The position numbers and the translations under genes were made by a program. A stretch of DNA of 64,000 nucleotides, taken from Steroidobacteraceae bacterium (GTDB taxonomy: Bacteria; Pseudomonadota; Gammaproteobacteria; Steroidobacterales; Steroidobacteraceae). Below the pieces are notes generated by a model. That model did no database searches. It was not told where the DNA came from and saw only the letters and a list, made by a program, of their open reading frames with translations. The stretch is taken from NCBI GenBank assembly GCA_036004505.1, contig DASYRK010000033.1:52184-116183 (forward strand), read 5' to 3'. Positions within the stretch are counted from its first letter, which is position 1. Each line of letters starts with the position of its first letter. This document shows positions 18,769 through 26,781 of the stretch, piece after piece.

Positions 18769-19434
18769 CTACGTGGTCGTCCACATGCGCATCAGGTTCT
18801 GGCGCACGACGTCGAGCCGCACGCGGTTCTCCCAGCGCATCGTGGTGCCTTCGAGCGCGGCGATTTCGTTCAGCTCGTACACCTGCATGCGCAGATGCGG
18901 ATCGGCGATGAAGCTTTCGATGAACGTGATCGCCACCAGCCGCTCGCCGGAGCGCACCGGAATGACTTCGTGCAATGTGGTCGAGGGGTACAGGATCGCT
19001 TCACCCGCTGCGCCCTTGAACGCGATCGCCTGGTTGCCGATGATGATAGACAGCTCGCCGCCCTGGTACGTCGCGGGCTCGCTGATGAACACCGTACAGG
19101 AAACGTCCGAGCGCAGCCGCGCGGCTCCCAGCGGAATGAGCGCGGCGTCCGCGTGCGCACCGTACTTCATGCCCGGCGAATAGCGGCTCATGAGCGGCGG
19201 CGCGACGCGCTTCGGCAGTGCGAAATCCATGAACTCGCGCGAGCGCGCGAACGCGCCGCTCACCAGCTGCGACACCTCGGCGTTCTTCGGATCGCTGGTG
19301 TCGGCCTGCTGGTTGTTCTTGGTCTCGTTGGCGGGATTGCTGGCGCGACCTTCGACGAAGCGCAGCTCCTGGCTCAACGTGGTCAGCCGCGCGATCTCCG
19401 GCGGCGTCAGCAAATTGCGAATCTTCAGCAGCAC
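18769..19434 (-). CDS. PKHD-type (PiuC/YbiX-like) Fe(II)/2OG hydroxylase
   Basis: PPLMSRYSPGMKYGAHAD, RSDVSCTVFISEPATYQGGEL, YPSTTLHEVIPVRSGER. GTG start at 19434 has an AGGAG SD. Confidence 0.88.
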   Translation of the reverse strand: MLLKIRNLLTPPEIARLTTLSQELRFVEGRASNPANETKNNQQADTSDPKNAEVSQLVSGAFARSREFMDFALPKRVAPPLMSRYSPGMKYGAHADAALIPLGAARLRSDVSCTVFISEPATYQGGELSIIIGNQAIAFKGAAGEAILYPSTTLHEVIPVRSGERLVAITFIESFIADPHLRMQVYELNEIAALEGTTMRWENRVRLDVVRQNLMRMWTTT

Positions 19435-19459
19435 GACGGATCTCTCCTGCAGGAAACAT

Positions 19460-20653
19460 CTAGACGCTCGAGCTCGGTTGCGTGCCGTTGAAGGCATCGG
19501 TCGCCGCGATCACCTGACCGATCGCCGCGCGCTCTTGCGGCGACAGCCGCGGACTCCACACGTCGCAGATGAAAATGATGCGGGTCTGGTCGCTGTCGTT
19601 CCAGGCCTCGTGCTCGATCGTATCGTCGAACACCCAGGCTTCGCCCAGGCGCCACTGGCGCGTTTCGCCGCCGACGCGGAAGCCGCAGCCCGGCGGCACG
19701 ATCAGCGGCAGGTGCACGACCAGCCGGAAGTTGGCAATGCCAGTGTGCGGCGGGATGCGCGTGTGCGGCTGGAGCACGGAGAACAGCGCCGACGGCGAGC
19801 GCAGCGGCACCTGCGCCTGTGGCAGCCGCGCCAGGACCTGCATCGTTGCCGGCGCCCGGTTGCAGCGCTCCGCGATCGGTTGCCCCTTCTCGTAGAAATG
19901 AAAGGCGCTCCAGCGCGGCGAATGATTCAGCTCGCGCCACTGGTCGAGCGGCATGCGATCGTCGTAGTGAATGTACGGCGCGAACCCGGCCTGGTCCTCG
20001 CGCAGGATTCCCGCCAGCTCGCGCTGCATCGGCTCGGTCGCCGCTTCCAGCTCCTCCAGCCACGGAAACTCCGCACGCTCGTAGAACTCGATCGCTGGCA
20101 GGCCCGGGAAGTAGTACTCGAGCGGCTCCTGCTGGTAGCGCTTGCGGACGCGCAGCGTCGTCGCGATGAACGCCTCGACGCGCTGCTGCTCGGCCGGTGC
20201 GCATTGGCGCTGCGTTTCGCCGACCCGCGCGCGGATGAAGTCGTGCAGCTCGCCCGTGTGCCGGCCGTGGATTTCGCGCCCGTGGGCGACAGCCTGACGC
20301 GTCGGCTCGTCCAGGTACTGGTCCGGAGGAGCGTTCGAAAGAGCAGCGCCATAGGTACTCGCTGCCGCCTTCATCCGGCCTTCCCGCTCCAGCAGCGTTG
20401 CGCTCATCAACAGCGCCGGGAAGTTCCGCGGCTCGATCCGCATGACCTCGCCCAGGGCGGCGAATGCGCCTTCGGAATTGTTCAGGCGGCGCCGGACGGC
20501 GGCGAGATTCAGCCAGCCCGGAATGCTGGCCGGGTCGGCGGCGACCAGTCGCAACAGCAGCGCCTCCGCCGTGGCGAAATCGCCAGCCGCGAGCGCCTGC
20601 ATGGCTGCCTTGTTCAGGCCGGCGGGATTCTCACCATGGGAATGCGGCTGCAT
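19460..20653 (-). CDS. TPR + aspartyl/asparaginyl beta-hydroxylase domain protein
   Basis: TPRs, then WSAFHFY, FSVLQPHTRIPPHTG, VVHLPLIVP and WVFDDTIEHEAWN. Start uncertain. Confidence 0.88.
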   Translation of the reverse strand: MQPHSHGENPAGLNKAAMQALAAGDFATAEALLLRLVAADPASIPGWLNLAAVRRRLNNSEGAFAALGEVMRIEPRNFPALLMSATLLEREGRMKAAASTYGAALSNAPPDQYLDEPTRQAVAHGREIHGRHTGELHDFIRARVGETQRQCAPAEQQRVEAFIATTLRVRKRYQQEPLEYYFPGLPAIEFYERAEFPWLEELEAATEPMQRELAGILREDQAGFAPYIHYDDRMPLDQWRELNHSPRWSAFHFYEKGQPIAERCNRAPATMQVLARLPQAQVPLRSPSALFSVLQPHTRIPPHTGIANFRLVVHLPLIVPPGCGFRVGGETRQWRLGEAWVFDDTIEHEAWNDSDQTRIIFICDVWSPRLSPQERAAIGQVIAATDAFNGTQPSSSV

Positions 20654-20767
20654 GTCGAAGAAAGCTCGAGGTCGAGTGCGTGGCGCCACTATAGCGTCCC
20701 CACTATCGCCCGGTCATGGGTCATAATGCGCCGCCGCGCGGTGAGCTGTGCGGCCGCAATCACGCTC

Positions 20768-21775
20768 ATGAACATCAACGAGATCGACCGGGTGCTCGCG
20801 GCAGAGCCGCGCAATGTTCGCGCCCTTATTCTCAAGGCGGATCATCTGGCGAGTGCCGGCGACGCGCGCGCGGCTTCGTCGTTCTACCTTGCGGCGCTGC
20901 GGGCCGCCGGACCTGCGCAGCAGGTGCCGCGGGAGCTGCTGCCGGACCTGCAGCGGGCGCGCTCGATGTACGAGCGCTACGCGAACGAATACCAGGACTA
21001 CATCGTCAGTCAGCTCGCGGCGCGCGGCTTCGACCGGGCCACCAGCAGTCAGCGGTTCGCGCAGTCGCTCGACATCGTCCTCGGCAAGAAGCGGATCTAC
21101 CTGCAGCAGCCTCGCTACTACTACTTTCCGGGCCTGCCGCAGATCCAGTTCTACGGGCGCGAGCAGTTCCCGTGGCTCGATGCGCTGGAGCGCGAGACCG
21201 ATGCGATCGCCGCCGAGCTGCAGGCGGTGATGCAGCAACCCACCTCGTTCGCACCGTACGTGCAACCCAAGGCCAATCGCCCGCCGAACGAGCAGGCGGG
21301 CATGGTGAACAATCCCGCGTGGAGCGCTTTCTATCTATGGAGGAACGGCGAGGTCGTCGCCGAGAACGCTGCGCGTTGTCCGCGCACGATGCAGGCGCTG
21401 CAGGACGTGCCGCTCGCGCGCGTGGCGAACCGCTCGCCATCGATCCTGTTCTCGCTACTGCAGCCCGGCGCGCACATTCCGCCGCACAATGGCCTGGTCA
21501 ACACGCGGTTGATATGTCACTTGCCGCTGATCGTGCCGGCGCAGTGCACGTTCCGCGTCGGCAACGATCAGCGCGACTGGCAGCAAGGGCAAGCCTGGCT
21601 GTTCGACGACACGATCGAGCACGAGGCGTGGAATCGCAGCGCCGAGACCCGCGTCATCCTGTTGTTCGATGTGTGGCGGCCGGAGCTTTCGGCAGAAGAG
21701 CGTGAGCTGGTCGTGGCGCTGTTCGACGCGATCGACGCGCACGGCGGCGGCCGCAAGCCCGAGTGGGAGATCTAG
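20768..21775 (+). CDS. TPR + aspartyl/asparaginyl beta-hydroxylase domain protein
   Basis: C-terminal part of the listed 19190..21775 ORF: WSAFYLW, FSLLQPGAHIPPHNG, ICHLPLIVP, FDDTIEHEAWN. Start at MNINEID (alternative 20726). Confidence 0.88.
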   Translation: MNINEIDRVLAAEPRNVRALILKADHLASAGDARAASSFYLAALRAAGPAQQVPRELLPDLQRARSMYERYANEYQDYIVSQLAARGFDRATSSQRFAQSLDIVLGKKRIYLQQPRYYYFPGLPQIQFYGREQFPWLDALERETDAIAAELQAVMQQPTSFAPYVQPKANRPPNEQAGMVNNPAWSAFYLWRNGEVVAENAARCPRTMQALQDVPLARVANRSPSILFSLLQPGAHIPPHNGLVNTRLICHLPLIVPAQCTFRVGNDQRDWQQGQAWLFDDTIEHEAWNRSAETRVILLFDVWRPELSAEERELVVALFDAIDAHGGGRKPEWEI

Positions 21776-22263
21776 AGGACCCGTTTGACCTTGAGGACGC
21801 GGCCGCTCGGCGTCGACATCCGGAACGAGTTCAGCGCCGCGCGCGAGATCGTGACTTCATGACCGACTTCCAGGAGCGGCGAGCTCGAGCCGCTCGTCTG
21901 ACGCCACTGCTGTCCGTTGTCGAGATTGATGACGAGCGCACCGCTGGCGTCGTGACTCAACGCGGTGACGTGCGCGCTGACCGAAGTCAGCTCTTCCCGT
22001 TCGATCTTCTGTGCCGGCTCGGTCCCGCGCATGCTCGATGCGCCGAAGCTGGCTTCGGCTGAGCGCTCCGGTGCGGCGGCCGCTGAGTCGGACGACAGGT
22101 GCTCGATCGTCCGGTCGTAGCACGCCAGCCGCTCGGAACTATTTTTCACGTTGGCGCAGGCCCGCAGCGCCGGCGGCACGGCATCTGCGGCCGCGTGTAC
22201 GACGCCAGCGCCAAGCAAAACAACGGCGGCGACGGCGAACGTCGAGGTGCAACGTGCAGGCAT
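21772..22263 (-). CDS. Small exported protein, paralogue 2
   Basis: Signal peptide, ACANVKNSSERLACYD, VSAHV..GALVINLDNGQQW. ATG at 22263 is coupled to the upstream TGA. Confidence 0.8.
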   Translation of the reverse strand: MPARCTSTFAVAAVVLLGAGVVHAAADAVPPALRACANVKNSSERLACYDRTIEHLSSDSAAAAPERSAEASFGASSMRGTEPAQKIEREELTSVSAHVTALSHDASGALVINLDNGQQWRQTSGSSSPLLEVGHEVTISRAALNSFRMSTPSGRVLKVKRVL

Positions 22264-23564
22264 CAGTGTTTCTCGCCGAGGGGCGCCGAGTCGTCGTAAT
22301 ACCGCGCGATGCCCGTCACCATTGCGCTGACCAGATCGCGCTCGGCCGCGGTCAGGTACGGATTCCAGACATCCAGGATGAGGATCGCGCGCGGCATGTT
22401 GCTGTCGTTCCATGCTTCGTGCTCGATCGAATCGTCGAACACCCAGGCTGCACCGGGCAGCCACTCGCGAGTCGTCGAGCCGACACGGAAGCGGCAGCCC
22501 GGCGGAATGATCAGCGGCATGTGCACGATCACCCGCGTGTTGGTGACGCCGGTATGCGCAGGAATGTGCGACTTCGCGTCGAGGATCGAGAAGAACACGG
22601 TCGGTGCGTACCCGGCGATCTGCAGCAGCGGCAGCGTACTGAGCAGTTGCGCCGTGCGGGGACAGCGCTGCAGGTGTTCCTCGACAGGCTTACCGTCACG
22701 CCACAGATAGAAGGCGCTCCAGCGGCGCGAGTGATTCAGCTCGGCCCACTGATCGAGCGGCACGCCCTGCGGATAAGCGACGTACGGTTCGAGGCTCGCG
22801 GCGTCCTCGGTAAAGACGCGCTCGAACTCCTCGCGAATGTCGGCGGTCGCAGCTTCGAGCCTATCGAGCCACGGAAACTCCGCGCGCGGATAGAACTCGC
22901 GCGCCGGCAGCTGCGGGAAATGCAGGAACGTCGGCTGCGGCGTGAAGATCCGCCGGCGGCCGAGGAAACCGGCGACGCAGTGGTCGAAGCGATCCTGCTC
23001 CGCAGCGGCATGGCGCGTGCGCAAGTCCTGAAGCTGCTCGCCCAGATGAGATTCGAGCGCTGCGTCGTTCGCTTTGGTTGCTTCGACCGCCTTGTCGATC
23101 AGCCCGCGCAGCGCGCCGGGAAGGCTCGCGCCCGGCGCAATGGTCTGCAGCGCGTTGTGATACACCTTCGCAGCGGCTCGCGTCTTGCCTTGCGATTCCA
23201 GCAGCGTTGCTTTTTGCAATAGTGCGAACAAGTGCCGCGGTTCCACTGCAAGCACGCGCTCGATGATCCCCATTTCATCGGCAGCGAGCCCCAGGCGGCG
23301 CAGCGCGCCCGCGAGATTCATCAACAGGCGCGTGTTCGCGCCGTCGCGCGCGACCGCGCGTTCCAGCAACTCGCGCGCGGCAGCTGCATTACCGCTGCGT
23401 AACTCGCGCAGGGCGGTCTCGTTGAGGATTGCAGGATGCTCGGGATCGACGGCTTTGACGCGCAGGAGCAACGCATCGGCGCGCGCACGATCACCGTTTG
23501 CGAGTGCGCGCTCAGCGTGCGCGATCAGCTCGCTGACCTCGCTGGCTGCCTGCGTCGCGCTCAA
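22263..23564 (-). CDS. TPR + aspartyl/asparaginyl beta-hydroxylase domain protein
   Basis: About 4 TPRs, then WSAFYLW, FSILDAKSHIPAHTG, IVHMPLIIP and FDDSIEHEAWN. TTG start has a GAGGAG SD. Confidence 0.88.
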   Translation of the reverse strand: MSATQAASEVSELIAHAERALANGDRARADALLLRVKAVDPEHPAILNETALRELRSGNAAAARELLERAVARDGANTRLLMNLAGALRRLGLAADEMGIIERVLAVEPRHLFALLQKATLLESQGKTRAAAKVYHNALQTIAPGASLPGALRGLIDKAVEATKANDAALESHLGEQLQDLRTRHAAAEQDRFDHCVAGFLGRRRIFTPQPTFLHFPQLPAREFYPRAEFPWLDRLEAATADIREEFERVFTEDAASLEPYVAYPQGVPLDQWAELNHSRRWSAFYLWRDGKPVEEHLQRCPRTAQLLSTLPLLQIAGYAPTVFFSILDAKSHIPAHTGVTNTRVIVHMPLIIPPGCRFRVGSTTREWLPGAAWVFDDSIEHEAWNDSNMPRAILILDVWNPYLTAAERDLVSAMVTGIARYYDDSAPLGEKH

Positions 23565-23647
23565 TCGAATCTCCTCACCGCCGATCTGAGTAGTCCGGGC
23601 AGTCTAGCAAGCGTGCGCGGCATGATCGACAATGCAGCAGGCCTTCA

Positions 23648-24382
23648 TTGTCCTTTTGTGCGCAGACGATCGTGCCTGCAGTCTTCTCCCTCGCGATCCT
23701 GGTGTCGTTGCTCGCCTGCAGCGCGCGTGCGGATGCCGTCGACAAGGCGTCGAAGGAATCCTTCGAGTTCGCCGGACTGAAGCGCAACTACGCGCTGTTC
23801 GCGCCGCCGACGGTGGCTGCGTCGGGCGCGCCGCTGCTCGTGTTGCTGCACGGCTCGTTTGGCAGCGGCGCTGCGATCGTCAGCTGGTGGATGCCGCTCG
23901 CGCAAGAAGAGGGCATCGTGCTTGCGGGGCCGGACGCGCGCGAGACCGAGGCGTGGCAGCTACGGGCGGACGGACCGGAGTTCATTCGCGCGCTGATCGA
24001 CGACGTGGCCGCGAAACATTCGATCGATCGCAGCCGCATCTATCTGTTCGGCAGCTCCGGCGGCGCCGTCTATTCGCTGACGTTGTCGATGCTGGAGTCG
24101 GAATTGTTTGCGGCGACTGCGGTGCACGCGGGCGCGTGGCGCCAGCCGAGCGAGTTCCGCGCCGTGCCGTACGCGCGCCGCAAGATTCCGATTGCGATCT
24201 TCATCGGCGATCGCGACGAGTACTTTCCGTTGATCGCCGTGCGCAAGACGCAGAAGGCGCTCGAGCGGGCGGGTCATAGCGTGAGCGTCACGGTGATCCC
24301 GCGTCACCGCCACGCATATTCGGAGGTCGCTGCCGAGGTGAACCGCAGCGCGTGGGAATTTCTGAAGGGCAACCGACTATGA
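23648..24382 (+). CDS. Exported alpha/beta-hydrolase (PHB-depolymerase/LpqC-like esterase)
   Basis: Hydrophobic N-terminus, LLVLLHGS, IDRSRIYLFGSSGGA (GxSxG), GDRD and a C-terminal His. Exact start uncertain. Confidence 0.75.
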   Translation: MSFCAQTIVPAVFSLAILVSLLACSARADAVDKASKESFEFAGLKRNYALFAPPTVAASGAPLLVLLHGSFGSGAAIVSWWMPLAQEEGIVLAGPDARETEAWQLRADGPEFIRALIDDVAAKHSIDRSRIYLFGSSGGAVYSLTLSMLESELFAATAVHAGAWRQPSEFRAVPYARRKIPIAIFIGDRDEYFPLIAVRKTQKALERAGHSVSVTVIPRHRHAYSEVAAEVNRSAWEFLKGNRL

Positions 24383-24855
24383 CAACGATGTACCCGACTC
24401 TTGCCGCAGTGTTGCTGGCAGCAGCGGCGATTCAACCTGCGCTGGCCGGCGACGATCTGTCGCAGCGCATCGCCGCGTGCACGCGCGAGCGGGACGACGC
24501 ACGACGCCTCGCGTGCTTCGATCGCGCGGCCGCGCCCGCAGCCGACGCGAAGAAGGTGGATGCGACGCAGGACTTCGGCGTTCACGGCAGCGAGCTGGCG
24601 CGCAACCGCGACGATGACGATCCCAAGCAGGACAACACACCGAAGCGCATCAGCGCCACGGTCGCCGGCGTCGAGAAGCGCGCGCGCGGCGAGCTCCTGG
24701 TGACGCTCGACAACGGCCAGGTCTGGGCGCAGAAAGAAGTGGGTCCATATTTTCCGCTCAAGGTCGGCGATGCGGTCTCGATCATTGCCGGCACGTTCGG
24801 CTCGCACAAGCTGGTGGTCGCGAGCCGCGCGACCGCAGTCACCCGGGTGCGCTGA
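24379..24855 (+). CDS. Small exported protein, paralogue 3
   Basis: Signal peptide, ACTRERDDARRLACFD, ISATV..GELLVTLDNGQVW. ATGA overlap with the esterase. Confidence 0.8.
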   Translation: MTTMYPTLAAVLLAAAAIQPALAGDDLSQRIAACTRERDDARRLACFDRAAAPAADAKKVDATQDFGVHGSELARNRDDDDPKQDNTPKRISATVAGVEKRARGELLVTLDNGQVWAQKEVGPYFPLKVGDAVSIIAGTFGSHKLVVASRATAVTRVR

Positions 24856-24857
24856 CC

Positions 24858-25499
24858 ATGGCCGACATCATGCCGTTCTTCGCCGTCCCGTTCGGGTTCG
24901 CGCGGCTCGACAACTGCGCGGCGGTGAACCAGGAATTGCGGACGCTGTTCCTCGCGCGCACCGCGGCCGGCGGCGAGCACGCCAATCCGCGGCCGCTCAC
25001 GCAGCGTAACAACCAGGTCTTCGAGAGCAACTTCGGGCTGTTCCGCTCGCAGGAGCGTTGCCTGCAGCAGCTCAAGGAATTCTGCTGGCGGCACCTGATC
25101 AAGTGCGTCTGCGACGTGAACGGGTACGACGACGCGATGCGCAGCCGGCTGCTGATCTACTCGGACGCGTGGTTCCACGTCACGCGGCGCGGCGGGTTCT
25201 TCGGTCTGCACAATCATCCGAACGCGTCGTGGTCCGGCGTGTATTGCGTGGATCCCGGTCAGCGCGGCAGCGGTCTGCTGTCGTTCGTCAATCCGCTGCT
25301 GGCGTCCAACATGTACCTCGACGCCGCGAACGCCAGCATGCGCGGCGCGTTTGCGTCCGGCGTGCGCCAGATCGATCTGGAGGCGGGCCAGCTGGTGCTG
25401 TTCCCATCATGGGTGCTGCACGACGTGAAGCCGTACGAAGGCGACGGCGAGCGCATCACTGTCGCGTTCAACTGCTGGTTCCAGCTGAAAGATGCTTAG
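24858..25499 (+). CDS. TIGR02466-like putative 2OG-Fe(II) oxygenase
   Basis: AWFHV..GGFFGLHNHPNASWSGVYCV...GQLVLFPSWVLHDVKPY...RITVAFN. Confidence 0.85.
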   Translation: MADIMPFFAVPFGFARLDNCAAVNQELRTLFLARTAAGGEHANPRPLTQRNNQVFESNFGLFRSQERCLQQLKEFCWRHLIKCVCDVNGYDDAMRSRLLIYSDAWFHVTRRGGFFGLHNHPNASWSGVYCVDPGQRGSGLLSFVNPLLASNMYLDAANASMRGAFASGVRQIDLEAGQLVLFPSWVLHDVKPYEGDGERITVAFNCWFQLKDA

Positions 25500-25993
25500 T
25501 TCAGGCTGAAAGCCGGGTGAATGACCTGGGCGCCGGGCCGGATGTTCATGCGCGCCGCGCTGCCGGCCTTGAGCTCGATCACGGCCAGCACCGTGCCCTT
25601 CGAGGAAATCGTGTCGAGCGACATCGGCTTGGTGTTCGCGACGATGCTGTGCACGCGACCGTTGGCGCTCACGAACACCATGTCCAGCGACAGGTGCGTG
25701 TTCTTCATCCACATCGAGATCTCCTGCGGCTGCGGATAGATGAACAGCATGCCGGCGTCGTCGGCCATGTTCTCGACGAACATCAGGCCGCGCGCGCGGC
25801 GCATGTCGTTGTCCGCGATCCACACATCGATCCTGTGCAGCTTGGCGTCCGGCGTTGCAATCTGCAGCGTCGAGCGCGAGAACGCGCGATCGAGTTGCTG
25901 CGCGTCGTTGTCCGCGCCAGCGACGGCCGTCGCCGCACCTATCGACAGGCATGCAGCCGCCAGGGCCGCGAGGAATCCAGCTCGATGCTTCAT
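25496..25993 (-). CDS. DUF192-family exported protein
   Basis: RARGLMFVE, GMLFIY, SMWMKNTHLSLDMVF, VIELKAG; signal peptide. Confidence 0.88.
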   Translation of the reverse strand: MKHRAGFLAALAAACLSIGAATAVAGADNDAQQLDRAFSRSTLQIATPDAKLHRIDVWIADNDMRRARGLMFVENMADDAGMLFIYPQPQEISMWMKNTHLSLDMVFVSANGRVHSIVANTKPMSLDTISSKGTVLAVIELKAGSAARMNIRPGAQVIHPAFSLN

Positions 25994-26619
25994 TGCTTGT
26001 CCGCCGTCAGTATGTCGTCTGTTTGCGTATCCTGGCTCTCGAAGTCGACGCGACCCGAATAGTCGAAGCGCGACAGCAGCACCGCGCCCTTGCCGCGCAC
26101 TGCGCGCGCCGGCTCCGTGCAGAAACCGCGCGCCGTCACCTGGTATGAGCGCGCGCGACGGGGAATGCCGACGATCACGTCCTGGGTCACGGCGTCGAGG
26201 GTGCACTTGTCATCGCCCTGGGTGCTGAAGAACTCACCCGCGCCCTCGCGGATCAGCGTGACGTTCACCGGCAGGTTGTGTGCGGCCTTGCCCTCGGGCA
26301 GCTTCGCGATGCCGAAGACCAGCACCAGCCGGCCCGCGCCCTCCGCCCGGCTGAAGCGCATGCGGATGCCGCCATCGGTCGGACGCACGGCGCCGGTGCA
26401 TTCGGTCCCGTCGTTGCCCCAGTTCAGTTCGGTGCTCAATGCGCCGGACAGCCGTGCACGCAGATAGCCGTTGCCGGCCGGCAGGCATTTCGCGGCAGCA
26501 GGCGGCGGGGCCGGATGGGCTGCTGGCGGCGGCGCTTGTGCATGGACTTTGCAAGCGAAGACGCTCGAGAGCACACACAGGAGCACCCGGCTACGCGGCA
26601 TTCGGACTTGTACGGTCAT
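25990..26619 (-). CDS. Hypothetical exported protein (Cys-containing)
   Basis: Signal-like N-terminus, Pro/Ala linker, 4 Cys in the mature region; ATGA-coupled to DUF192. Start may be 26601. Confidence 0.6.
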   Translation of the reverse strand: MTVQVRMPRSRVLLCVLSSVFACKVHAQAPPPAAHPAPPPAAAKCLPAGNGYLRARLSGALSTELNWGNDGTECTGAVRPTDGGIRMRFSRAEGAGRLVLVFGIAKLPEGKAAHNLPVNVTLIREGAGEFFSTQGDDKCTLDAVTQDVIVGIPRRARSYQVTARGFCTEPARAVRGKGAVLLSRFDYSGRVDFESQDTQTDDILTADKQ

Positions 26620-26781
26620 TCAGCTCATTCCGTGCCTGGACAGGAACCGGAAAGCGGGCACGAGGCGTTTTCCACAATGCCGAAGCCCCGCCCGTCAGGC
26701 AAGCGTCGGTCCGCGGCCCCGCGGTCGGCTAACATGGCAGTCCGGGTCGATCCGGTTGCACGGGATACGAGAGCTCCTGAC

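Noticed and set aside
6132-25499. Classical siderophore/NRPS cluster or standard RiPP cluster
   Set aside because: There are no NRPS, PKS or NIS synthetase genes, no peptidase-containing exporter, no RRE/YcaO/radical SAM/LanM enzyme and no convincing leader-core precursor. PiuC plus a receptor alone is not enough.
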